64,000 bases of DNA, from assembly GCA_950097015.1 (NCBI GenBank), contig CATNEN010000033.1:1736001-1800000 (forward strand), written 5' to 3'. Numbering within the stretch: position 1 is the stretch's first letter; every line of letters starts with the position of its first letter. The translations under genes were made by a program, and so were the position numbers. The notes beneath the pieces are model-generated. The model worked only from the letters and a program-made list of their open reading frames with translations. It was not told where the DNA came from and made no database searches. Of this stretch, positions 48,201-64,000 are shown in pieces. This DNA comes from Macrostomum hystrix. Taxonomy: Eukaryota > Animalia > Platyhelminthes.

Positions 48201-50435
48201 CCCAGCCGCTCAGCCTCATCAGTTAGGCCGAATTCAGGCAGCTGGCCGGCCGGAAGTCTGGCCGGATCCGGCGCCGCCGCCGGGCAGTGGACGATGTAAG
48301 CGGCGAAGTGCAGCTCCTCATCTTCATCCGCCATAGTCAGGCCGATCCGGAGTTCGAATCTGCCAGCCCGGGGCGCCAGGAACTTCAGCCTGACTTGGCC
48401 GGAGCTCAGCCGAATCGGCTTGCTCACCGAGTCCCCAGTCAGGGCGTCGACAGGCGGTCCCGCGGCAGTTTGCGTGCTGGGAAGCGGTGCCGCCTATGGC
48501 ATGGTCTGAACTGCTTAAGAACGGCTGCAGCTCACCTTCATTCTACTCCCCACTCACCATCATTCTACTCCCCACTCACCATCATTCTACTCCCCACTCA
48601 CCATCATTCTACTCCCCACTCACCATCATTCTACTCCACACTCACCATCATTCTACTCCCCACTCACCATCATTCTACTCCCCACTCACCATCATTCTAC
48701 TCCCCACTCACCTTCATTCCACCCTCTCACCTTCATTCTACTCCCCACTCACCTTCATTCTACTCCCCACTCACCATCATTCTACTCCCCACTCACCTTC
48801 ATTCTACTCCCCACTCACCATCATTCTACTCCCCTCTCACCTTCATTCTACTCCCCACTCACCATCATTCTACTCCCCACTCACCTTCATTCTACTCCCC
48901 TCTCACCTTCATTCTACTCCCCACTCACCTTCATTCTACTCCCCACTCACCATCATTCTACTCCACACTCAACATCATTCTACTCCCCACTCACCATCAT
49001 TCTACTCCCCACTCACCTTCATTCTACTCCCCACTCACCTTCATTCTACTCCCCACTCACCATCATTCTACTCCACACTCACCTTCATTCTACTCCCCTC
49101 TCACCTTCATTCTACTCCCCTCTCACCTTCATTCTACTCCCCTCTCACCTTCATTCTACTCCCCACTCACCATCATTCTACTCCCCACTCACCTTCATTC
49201 TACTCCCCTCTCACCTTCATTCCACCCTCTCACCTTCATTCTACTCCCCACTCACTTTCATTCCACCCTCTCACCCCTGAAGCAACTGGCCTGAGGAAGC
49301 ACCTTTGCTGAGCAGCTGTGGCGGGCACTATCCGCAGGCTGCTGCAGTAGCAGGTCGACCACTCCGCCAGGACTGGGGATGACGTTGAGCGGGCAGTTGA
49401 CGGGGTCCAGCTGGCACAGCGCCATGGCGCTCTTGTTGCCATCGAAATAGGCCGGCAGCCGGTGGAATTCAGGCAGGCTGACGGGCCGGACCAGCAGCTG
49501 CCAGACCGCGGCGGGCTCCGGCCACAGCGGGTGATGCGAGAAGGCCAACAGCGCCGGGTCAGTCAGGAAGTAGAAATCGTTCCGCTGAGCTACTGCGGCA
49601 GCTGCCACGGCGGCTTCTGACGCTGCCGAATCTGCGGAAGCTGCCGGTGGCAGGCCGGCCGAGCCCCAGATGGCGTCCACGTGACGCCACTCGCCGTCAA
49701 GGAAGCAGGCAAACCAGCTGCCGCCGACGTGGCTGCGGTGTCCAGTGCGGTAGTTGAGGCCCTTCTTGTGACCCTCCAGGCGCTGGCAGGGAACCCCGCT
49801 GAGACTACGCCGTCCGATGTTTGAGCGAACGATGGGATTTGAGGGATGAGTTGAGTTTCATCATGTGTGTAAATTACTTAACGACTGACTTTCCGCCTAC
49901 GGTAAGTGATATTCCTAATGGGACATTGCGGGCACCTCATGACGGCCTCGAAGACTTCAGACTGCCAATCCGGCTTCCCCGCGCTCCGTTGTGCCAGGCA
50001 AGGCAGTTGGGCCAGCTCGTCGCGCCGCTCGCACAGCCGGCACACCAGCCCGAAGGCCGCCACAGTTCTGTCCAGGTCGGCAGGACAGTCGGCGAAGACG
50101 CGCTCACACAGACCGGCTAAATCCGAGCCGGCGGGTGGCCGCAGGTCGAGGGTTCGAATCCTGTCTAGGCCGGCCTCGTAGCGAGACGACTCAAGCAGCT
50201 CAGACTTCAGGCGGCTCGGCGGAAACGGCGGCGGTATCGGCGTCGACGAAGATGGCGACATCAAAGGCGGCCGGCCGTCGCTTCGCTGAAGTCGCCGCAT
50301 GGACTCCGGCGCAGGGATTTCCGCCAGCTCAGCAGGCGAGGCTGGAAGCACATAGTCTTCAAGCGGGATCTCGTCTGGCGCATATTTGTATTCCGCGTAG
50401 TAGCGATGCGGCGGCAGAACTGTCGCGGGCTTCAT
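45216..50435 (-). CDS. Predicted ~1289-aa protein: KY/hillarin-like transglutaminase-like domain + beta-rich repeats + C-terminal nucleoside phosphorylase (PNP_UDP_1-type) domain. Exons 50435-49936, 49804-49303, 48493-48097, 48020-47467, 47349-46605, 46474-46393, 46305-45216
   Basis: All six junctions are GT..AG with matching phases (2,0,1,0,1,2), giving 3870 nt. FEAVMSLSGVPC..GHKKG..Y, WFACFLDGEWRHVDAIWG, NDFYFLTDP..HHP..WQLL..PVSL match KY/hillarin. VYTLGRIG..VVSTKLP, LLVGVGG..RLGDIVI, GPVACG, IRGCADF, WQPFAALTAA match the PNP_UDP_1 fold. The 5' start is uncertain. Confidence 0.75.
48530..49270. repeat. 22-bp minisatellite ACC(A/T)TCATTCTACTCCCCACTC, intronic
   Basis: Tandem repeat between exons 2 and 3 of the KY-PNP gene. 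Confidence 0.95.
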
Positions 50436-50807
50436 CGCTTGCTGAATGGAATCTGATTAGCTCGGCCTTGCCATGGATGTCAGGCGTAGCAGAAGCAGAG
50501 CTGGCGGACTGCTTTGGCTCAGCTGTCTCCCGCTCTGAGCAGATTTTGTGTAACATTTTATGACTCGCAGCTACCCCCACCTACCCAAGGCTAAACGAAA
50601 TGACACGAGTTGCTGGGCGAGACCCAGTCTTCGATAAGGCACCGAACGCAAGCTGAATAATTTTCCAATGCACTGCTGCCTACTGAACTGTGCTGGCTGA
50701 TTCTTAGCATTTCCTGCTTATCTGTCTGCTCAATCTGCGCAATCGAAACTGTCCGTTACAGTGTCAGGTGGGCGATTGTAGCACAACTAAATGCTATAGT
50801 TGGGTGA

Positions 50808-50955
50808 AAATGAAATGAAATGGAATGAAATGGAATGAAATGGAATGAAATGGAATGAAATGGAATGAAATGGAATGAAATGGAATGAAATGGAATGAAA
50901 TGGAATGAAATGGAATGAAATGGAATGAAATGGAATGAAATGGAATGAAATGGAA
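50808..50955. repeat. (TGGAATGAAA)n 10-bp simple repeat
   Basis: Perfect alternation of GGAAT and GAAAT pentamers. Confidence 0.95.
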
Positions 50956-51074
50956 GAACAGAAGCCAAACGAATGAGTTGGCATAAAATTTCAAGCAATC
51001 GCAGTTCTTAGAGCTTCTATGCGAAGTTTATTTACAACAAGGAATCAATGCTTCAACATGCTGAACAGCAGTGT

Positions 51075-55606
<4,532 letters not shown>

Positions 55607-55609
55607 CTG

Positions 55610-56850
55610 CAGTGAGTGTGTGTATGCGTGTGTGGGAGTGTGTGTGTGTTTGTGAGTGTGTGAATGCGTGTGTGGGAGTGTGTGTGTGTTTGTGAGTGTG
55701 TGTATGCGTGTGTGGGAGTGTGTGTGTGTTTGTGAGTGTGTGAATGCGTGTGTTTGTGAGTGTGTGTATGCGTGTGTGGGAGTGTGTGTGTGTTTGTGAG
55801 TGTGTGAATGCGTGTGTGGGAGTGTGTGTGTGTTTGTGAGTGTGTGTATGCGTGTGTGGGAGTGTGTGTGTGTTTGTGAGTGTGTGAATGCGTGTGTGGG
55901 AGTGTTTGTGTGTTTGTGAGTGTGTGAATGCGTGTGTGGGAGTGTGTGTGTGTTTGTGAGTGTGTGAATGCGTGTGTGGGAGTGTGTGTGTGTTTGTGAG
56001 TGTGTGAATGCGTGTGTGGGAGTGTGTGTGTGTTTGTGAGTGTGTGAATGCGTGTGTGGGAGTGTGTGTGTGTTTGTGAGTGTGTGTATGCGTGTGTGGG
56101 AGTGTGTGTGTGTTTGTGAGTGTGTGTATGCGTGTGTGGGAGTGTGTGTGTGTTTGTGAGTGTGTGTATGCGTGTGTGGGAGTGTGTGTGTGTTTGTGAG
56201 TGTGTGAATGCGTGTGTGGGAGTGTGTGTGTGTTTGTGAGTGTGTGTATGCGTGTGTGGGAGTGTGTGTGTGTTTGTGAGTGTGTGAATGCGTGTGTGGG
56301 AGTGTGTGTGTGTTTGTGAGTGTGTGAATGCGTGTGTGGGAGTGTGTGTGTGTTTGTGAGTGTGTGTATGCGTGAGTGGGAGTGTGTGTGTGTTTGTGAG
56401 TGTGTGTATGCGTGTGTGGGAGTGTGTGTGTGTTTGTGAGTGTGTGAATGCGTGTGTGGGAGTGTGTGTGTGTTTGTGAGTGTGTGTATGCGTGTGTGGG
56501 AGTGTGTGTGTGTTTGTGAGTGTGTGAATGCGTGTGTGGGAGTGTGTGTGTGTTTGTGAGTGTGTGTATGTGTTGGTGGGAGTGTGTGTGTGTTTGTGAG
56601 TGTGTGTATGCGTGTGTGGGAGTGTGTGTGTGTTTGTGAGTGTGTGAATGCGTGTGTGGGAGTGTGTGTGTGTTTGTGAGTGTGTGAATGCGTGTGTGGG
56701 AGTGTGTGTGTGTTTGTGAGTGTGTGAATGCGTGTGTGGGAGTGTGTGTGTGTGTTTGTGAGTGTGTGTATGCGTGTGTGGGAGTGTGTGTGTGTTTGTG
56801 AGTGTGTATGCGTGTGTGGGAGTGTGTGTGTGTTTGTGAGTGTGTGTATG
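55610..56850. repeat. 40-bp (GT)-rich minisatellite, ~31 copies
   Basis: Unit GTGTGTGGGAGTGTGTGTGTGTTTGTGAGTGTGTG(A/T)ATGC. The reverse strand has no stop codons, which produces spurious His/Thr-rich ORFs. Confidence 0.96.
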
Positions 56851-56984
56851 TGTTGGTGTGACAGCAAATACGAATTGTCTTGGCATAACTTTTTACTACT
56901 CGGAAAACAAAGAATTCCTTTTTGGGGCCTAGATGAGGCAAACTTATGCGGCTAACTACAAGTGGAGGTGAGGAAGGTGCTTGA

Positions 56985-57935
56985 ACTAGGGGTAACGATA
57001 ACTAGGGGTAAGGAGAACTAGGGGAAAGGAGAACTAGGGGTAACGATAACTAGGGGTAACGATAACTAGGGGTAAGGAGAACTAGGGGTAAGGAGAACTA
57101 GGGGTAAGGAGAACTAGGGGTAAGGAGAACTAGGGGTAACGATAACTAGGGGTAACGATAACTAGGGGTAACGAGAACTAGGGGTAAGGAGAACTATGGG
57201 GTAAGAATAGCTATGGGGCTAAGGAGAACTATGGGGTAAGAATAGCTATGGGGCTACGGAGAACTATGGGGTAAGAATAGCTATGGGGCTACGCAGAACT
57301 ATGGGGTAAGAATAGCTATGGGGCTAAGGAGAACTATGGGGTAAGAATAGCTATGGGGCTACGGAGAACTATGGGGTAAGGAGAACTAGTGGTAAGAATA
57401 ACACTAGTGGTAAGGAGAACTAGTGGTAAGGAGAACTAGTGGTAAGAATAACACTAGTGGTAAGGAGAACTAGGGGTAAGGAGAACTAGTGGTAAGAATA
57501 ACACTAGTGGTAAGGAGAACTAGGGGTAAGGAGAACTAGTGGTAAGAATAACACTAGTGGTAAGGAGAACTAGGGGTAAGGAGAACTAGTGGTAAGAATA
57601 ACACTAGTGGTAAGGAGAACTAGGGGTAAGGAGAACTAGTGGTAAGAATAACACTAGGGGTAAGGAGAACTAGTGGTAAGAATAACACTAGTGGTAAGGA
57701 GAACTAGGGGTAAGGAGAACTAGTGGTAAGAATAACACTAGGGGTAAGTAGAACTTCGGGTTAGGAGCACTGTGGGGTAAGAATAACTAGTGGTAAGGAG
57801 AACTAGGGGTAAGGAGAACTTCGGGTTAGGAGCACTGTGGGGTAAGATTAACTAGTGGTAAGGAGAACTAGGGGTAAGGAGAACTAGTGGTAAGGAGAAG
57901 TAGGGGTAAGGAGAACTAGGAGTAAGGAGAAGCAG
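56985..57935. repeat. ~16-18-bp minisatellite (ACTAGGGGTAAGGAGA and variants) in successive variant blocks
   Basis: Domains of cgata/ggaga, ctatggggtaagaatag and ctagtggtaagaataaca variants along the array. Confidence 0.93.
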
Positions 57936-58864
57936 GAGATGAGGAAGCAGAATGAAGCGATAAAAAAGAGCGAAGCGTAGGCTAGATGTTAGTTAATGCT
58001 GATTTGCGGAAGTGATAATCTGGAAAAATTTTGCCCATTGAATAGCCACGGGCTCCGCTGGTCGCGACAGTCGGCTTTGTCCCTCGCCGCCCGCCAGCAG
58101 TATCATCTGCTAGTGCTTGCCGTGTGCGCCAGTGATGCAATCGTAGGGTTGGTGCAGCGGTGGGCGGGACATGCCGCTAATGGATTGGTAAGACTGGCCC
58201 GAGATACAGGGGAGATCAGAGTGGAATGGCTGGAGATTCTGACCGTAGTGGGGCAAGTAGACAAAGGCAATGAAAGACAATTTGCAAACTATGTCAACGC
58301 ATTAGCGAGCCCGCGCACTGATTGACATTGTCCTACTTCGCAATTCATTTTGCGCCGCCCTCATCCACTCGCTCAGAGGCAACAATTCCCATTTTGATCT
58401 GCTGGGACCAGCGTCCGCCTGTCTGTCTCTTGGCCACCCTCTCCAGCCATCTTTATTTCTTAGCTTTTACGATTAGCGCAGCTGGGCCCACTGCAGACCT
58501 CGGCGTCAACAAACCCAGCAGGTGACCAGATGGCGGGCCATTAACTGGAAATCGGATTCCCCCCAATTCTATTTATTGAACTGTGCCGGCAGTATGAACT
58601 GAACACCACAATCGGGGTGGACTTCCGAATTGCCGGTTATTTGCAGCTTGGGCTAAAGGTCCGCTAGACAGGGGAGCCGTATTTGGTTGTGCCTCTTGAC
58701 TCGCATTTCCATTCGCTTTCTTTCAAATGTCTTCGCTTGTTTGGCTGGAAAGCCATTAAGCAAAGAAGTGGGAACTGTGTCTGCAGCAGTTTGCGCAGTA
58801 AGCGTAGCAATCAAAATCAACAGGTGCCGGTCACCCCAGCATTTTTCTAGGCAGGAATGTTACA

Positions 58865-59920
58865 ATGGCCAGAGAGCCATTCCTGTGACCAGAGAACCAT
58901 TCCTGTGACCAGAGAACCATTTCTGTGATCTGAGAGCTATTCCTGTGACCAGAGAGCCATTCCTGTGACCAGAGAGCCATTCCTGTGACCAGAGAGCCAT
59001 TCCTGTGACCAGAGAGCCATTCCTGTGACCAGAGAGCCATTCCTGTGACCAGAGAGCCATTCCTGTGACCAGAGAACCATTTCTGTGATCTGAGAGCTAT
59101 TCCTGTGACCAGAGAGCCATTCCCGTGACCAGAGAGCCATTCCTGTGACCAGAGAGCCATTCCCGTGACCAGAGAGCCATTCCTGTGACCAGAGAGCCAT
59201 TCCTGTGACCAGAGAGCCATTCCTGTGACCAGAGAGCCATTCCTGTGACCAGAGAGCCATTCCCGTGACCAGAGAGCCATTGCCGTGACCAGAGAGCCAT
59301 TCCTGTGACCAGAGAGCCATTCCTGTGACCAGAGAGCCATTCCTGTGACCAGAGAGCCATTCCTGTGACCAGAGAGCCATTCCTGTGACCAGAGAACCAT
59401 TCCTGTGACCAGAGAACCATTTCTGTGATCTGAGAGCTATTCCTGTGACCAGAGAGCCATTCCCGTGACCAGAGAGCCATTCCTGTGACCAGAGAACCAT
59501 TCCTGTGACCAGAGAACCATTTCTGTGATCTGAGAGCTATTCCTGTGACCAGAGAGCCATTCCTGTGACCAGAGAGCCATTCCCGTGACCAGAGAGACAT
59601 TCCCGTGACCAGAGAGCCATTCCCGTGACCAGAGAGCCATTCCTGTGACCAGAGAACCATTCCTGTGACCAGAGAGCCATTCCTGTGACCAGAGAACCAT
59701 TTCTGTGACCAGAGAGCCATTCCTGTGACCAGAGAACCATTCCTGTGACCAGAGAACCATTTCTGTGATCTGAGAGCTATTCCTGTGACCATAGAGCCAT
59801 TCCTGTGACCAGAGAGCCATTCCTGTGACCAGAGAGACATTCCTGTGACCAGAGAGCCATTCCTGTGACTAGAGAGCCATTCCTGTGAACTTAAGAGTCA
59901 TTTCTGGGATGAGAGAGCCA
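58865..59920. repeat. 20-bp minisatellite TCCTGTGACCAGAGAGCCAT, ~52 copies
   Basis: Tandem repeat with a recurring variant unit TTCTGTGATCTGAGAGCTAT. Confidence 0.96.
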
Positions 59921-62900
59921 TTCCTGTTACCTGAAAATCATTTCTAGATCAGAGTCATTTCTGTGACCAGGGATTAATTTCAGAGACTGGATAGCCATTC
60001 AAATGACTTTCATCAATCATGATAATTGATGCAGGGACTCGCACAATGCGAGTTTACATTTGCGTCAGTTTATCCCCACTAAGACATACGATTTAGCTTT
60101 TTCTTTGCATTCTTTCTAAGCTCGGGGAGAGCTTTTAGCGTCTGCATGCTCCGGCAGAGAAGCACGCAGTTACCTATCTTCTTGACCCCTGCGAAAAATA
60201 GCTTTGGGCAGATTGGTCCAATCAACAGCTAAAAGCATTTGTAAGCCTGTAAGCGAAAGCTATTTGTAGTCTCCATGACGACAGAGCCTCGAGCCTTCAG
60301 TCATGAGAATGCGGTTTTTATACGCTCGTAGTCATATAAAATGACTCTCACAAAGCAATTTTCAGAATGTTTACTAATAGATAAACTACAAAAATTGCAA
60401 AAATCCCAGCTAGGTCATATTTACAGCCAGTAGCATAGCAGTCGTTGCACGCCACTTCTAAAGACTGTGTACAGCTGTTCAGTCCGTGGAATCAGGAGGC
60501 AACCACCCTCACCCTAATTTGTACAGCGTATGTTAACCTGAAGAATCAAGCAATTAAGTATCCTACTCAGGGACGCAAATTCTCGATATTCGAATAAAAA
60601 ACTTGAAGCTCACACCAATGGGCTACCAGCCCTGCTCCCGTGTAGACTTTTGTCTGGTAGCGAAATTTGCTAACGAATTTACGTGCTGCGCTGCGGTACC
60701 ACCCCATCACTGTGTGGAGTTTGAGCAGTTATAAATAATGATGAATCCTTCATAATGCGAGCAATGGTCTTACTTTCTGTTCAAAAAAGTATTCAAATAT
60801 CTTCAGCCATTCTGAATAATTCGTCCGATTCATTACATTGGAAATAATCTAAAACTTGCTATTCACTAACCCAGATATACGCCCACACAAGTGGACACAA
60901 TTGCTGCAGTAGGCGAGTGAGGATGCTTCAAACGGCTTAAACACGGTAATTATTTTTTTCGTATGACCCCACTTTAATATACACTCGTAAATGTAGGAAT
61001 TACAACCTTCGAATTACGTATCTTTAAAGCGCAGCATAAAGCTTTTTTACGGCTTGCAGGTCTCGCGCAATTTTTAGGCCCGTCGGCAGAATAATTTGCG
61101 CAGAATGTAAAACATAAAAAAATTATAGAAACTTAGCGCAATCATTGCGCGTTGGCCTTTCAATGGAATTAGGGACTGGGCGACTTAATGTAACGGTCCA
61201 GCTCTGGCTCAAACGCTTCCAGATGAACCAATTCAAGCTTCTCTGTGCTTATAGAACTGAGGATTACTTCATGAAATTTCCTATCTGTGTTTGATTTGCT
61301 GCGAAGACTAGACATATTAGAGAATAAGTGCTTCGCTACAAAAGTGACGCGCACTGGGATAAAATTGGGTTATAATGCCCATTGTGGCAAGGGGGCTCTT
61401 GGCTTTCATTCTGAAAGAAGCACTATACAAAAATTTAGTATTTTCAATTGCACTTCTTACATCCGTTTCTACCAACTGACTCGGGCATGTATTAAAAGCA
61501 GCAGAACTTACAATATCGCACTTGGTGTCTGCAGGCTCGAGGCAACAGACGCCTTGCCAGCCGCATTTCAGCAGAAAAAGCAGCAGCACTGGCGCCCAGT
61601 GGCAGCTTCGGCGGAGATAGCTCACACGAAGACTGTAGTGCTTCAGCGAAATCGAGGCTGCGATCATGTTCGGCTGAAGCACAAATACTTTTGAGGAACG
61701 CATTTATGGCAGGTGACAAAGCGGACGGCCAGTCTATATAAATGGCAATAATGAGGGAGATCTCTGATTGGTGGAGAAATAGCAGAAAGGAAAGAGGGTT
61801 GAAGACGGGAAAGGGAGAAAGGATAGCTCCTCTTTATTGAATAAATCACCGAGGCACCACCGTTTGTGAGAAATAAGAGACGTAAAAGAAGGCGGCGTTA
61901 GAGATGGCCGAGGCTGCATGCCACTGCGGTGGCGAGCTCTCACCGATCCGTCGGTGACGAGCCAAGCCGGCGGATTGGAGCTCATATTGATTGGCCCTGG
62001 CCAATCTTTTATAGCGAATCTGTCAATCTTCTGCAGCTCAGCTGTTCTCTAGATGGCGACAGAAGGACTGGGGTGAGACGGTACCTCATCTTGATCGGGC
62101 TTTAAATTATCGAATTCCTCAGCTATAGAATGCTGGTCAAAAAGTACAAATTTTATTCAAATTCAATATGATCTTAACAATGTTCACTGCAGACATACTG
62201 CATTAGATGAGGCAAGTTGATCGAACTGTCTTAGTTATATATATATTTAGCCCGACACAACCTAATTTATGACAATCAAGAGTAATGTCCAAAACGAACA
62301 TCTATCGTTACGTTTTCGTTAAGAACATGGAGGTTCTCAAGCAAGACTGCCTCTGTCGGTGAGGTTTCAACACTTGCTTTATTCTTAAGCTCTAAATCAT
62401 AGAACCAGTTTGCCTCGTCTGTTGCTCTGCCTACAGATCGTGCCCAGGTCCATTTAGGCGAGGCGCTGGAGGCGCCTTGTGTTGAGCTCGTCCTCACGTC
62501 CAGCCCTGACCTTTGCACCGGCATGGACGAGTTCTGCGACCGGCGGCAAGTCGCTGAACCGGAGCGGCGACCTGGAGACCACGCTGCTGCGCCTGCTGAA
62601 GGGCTTCCTGGTCAACGCCAAGCACCAGGCACACGTCTACCTGGACTGGGGCCAGGCACCAGAGTCTGGTGGTCATTGCTGGCCACGCCTCACCGGGCGA
62701 CTTCCCGGCTGATGTTCAGCGGCGCCTGCGCAACGAAGGCAAGGAGTGCGTGGAGATGGACCACGACATACCAGGGAGGAATACCAGGGAGAGTGCTGCC
62801 ATCTTGTCTGCCACTCTGTTTTATAACAAATAATATTCGCCCTTTGCCACTCGTACCCATCCTTTGTCAACTCCACCTCAAAGCGGGTTAGCTAATGAGC

Positions 62901-63834
62901 AGCGGGTAGACAGGCAGTCAGGCAGGAATCTGCCCTACTGACAATAAGTTATCCAGTTATTTAAGCTGAAAAATGGTTTCATGGCTTTTGGGTTCGGTTT
63001 TTAACAGCATAAACAATCGACCCACCCACGCATAAATGCAATGTATTCAATGTATTTTAATGTATGTTGCAGGTTGTTGACAATTTAAATTGTCCCCATT
63101 TTATTCTTTGCCGCAGCAGCACAATCCTTACTAAAATAATCCTTAGGTTTCTATGAGCCTATTTTTGTTTATGTCCAAAGTTTATCATATTCCTTTTTAA
63201 TGATAGGTTTATATGAAGCACAAATTCAAGTTAATAGTATATTATTACCCAGGCTTTAAGGGCGATAATGTGAAAGCCTGGGTAATACTGTGATTGTACC
63301 ATAGACTATGTGGCTGAGTAACAAGACAAACCATATCAACCATAGACAAAATGATTTAATGATAAACTATACAGTTCAATTATAAGAGAAAGAATAATGA
63401 AGCAAAGAGAAGCTAACAACTAGAGAAGGATCACAGATCCCAGATAATCACAGATAGTCTACATGCCTCTACCGTCGAGCGTGGTCAGTCATCAGCACAA
63501 GCACTCTGCGAAAAGTCATCCAGCGTTCCAACTGCCGTCACAACTATTTGCCAGCCTGATAAATCCGGCCCGACGATCGTCTTGGAGTAGAACGGGGCTA
63601 AATGTTACGTTTATATGTAAGTGCAAAAAGCTCGCTTTGCGAAATTAGACTTTGGCTCTGGACTCTAACTGCTTTGTTTGATGTTTTGCTTATTTTGTTG
63701 AAATACGTTGAAATACACAAAAATAATCCATTATCGGCCCAACTTCTCGGGCCAAAATGACATCGTCTATGGCAATAATCGAATATCAGCCCGCCCGATA
63801 GCCACGTAGTCATGGTACAATGGCCAAGGGCACG

Positions 63835-64000
63835 AGTGGGTGGGGGTCGGTGGGAGAGCGGTTATCGCGTTTACGTCTCGTACCACGGTCCCTAAGTTCG
63901 ATTCCACGGCGAGGCCACATTTATTTGGGGCGCAGCCGCTTAGAAAAGGCTTGGGGCTTGTCGTACAATTTACGCCCTTGAGGGCCAACCTCCAAGGTAC
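63835..64000 (+). mobile_element. tRNA-derived SINE copy, cut by the window end
   Basis: Box A-like TGGGAGAGCGGTT and box B GTTCGATTCC. The body (ggcttgtcgtacaatttac...gagggcc) is homologous to 31056-31425. Confidence 0.8.

Noticed and set aside
50808-50955. Human satellite II/III (GGAAT)n contamination
   Set aside because: It is a short, perfectly regular 10-bp unit embedded between host genes. Convergent simple repeat is sufficient explanation.
57996-58525. Candidate exons or the first exon of TIKI
   Set aside because: No reading frame with convincing similarity or a phase-compatible donor on the minus strand.
61169-61720. Possible hAT transposase remnant (ELDRYIKSP)
   Set aside because: The similarity is too short, and the downstream hAT dimerisation motif was not found.
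62460-62891. GC-rich coding-like patch (ETTLLRLLKGFLVNAKHQAHVYLDW), possibly a LINE C-terminal remnant or an isolated exon
   Set aside because: No diagnostic motif or consistent splice structure, so it cannot be assigned without a search.
63845-63920. Genuine tRNA gene
   Set aside because: Box A/B are present but I could not form a convincing cloverleaf. The sequence continues into a body shared with the two other SINE copies.

Overview
Eukaryotic (metazoan) genomic DNA with GT-AG introns, GC-rich exons and many minisatellites in introns and intergenic DNA. The style suggests a free-living flatworm such as Macrostomum; this is inference only. Host genes: last exon of a TMEM120 homolog, a BSD-domain SYAP1/SAP47 homolog, a tandem array of four 3-exon SLC16/MCT transporter paralogs plus an orphan chimeric fragment, a BTBD19-like BTB-BACK gene, a TIKI/TRABD2 metalloprotease homolog, and a traceable 7-exon ~1289-aa gene that appears to fuse a KY/hillarin-like pseudo-transglutaminase to a C-terminal nucleoside-phosphorylase (PNP_UDP_1-type) domain. 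A ~18-kb nest of mobile elements splits the MCT array: a Bel/Pao remnant, old Gypsy pieces, an intact IS630/Tc1/mariner element (171-bp perfect TIRs, TA TSD), a Crypton tyrosine-recombinase element whose single frameshift sits on a UUU_CGN motif, and an intact Gypsy element (identical 155-bp LTRs, CTTCT TSD). Three copies of a tRNA-derived SINE and a degraded mariner are also present. Several single-base +1 frameshifts in otherwise intact genes may be uncorrected long-read errors. All family assignments come from remembered motifs; no database search was run.
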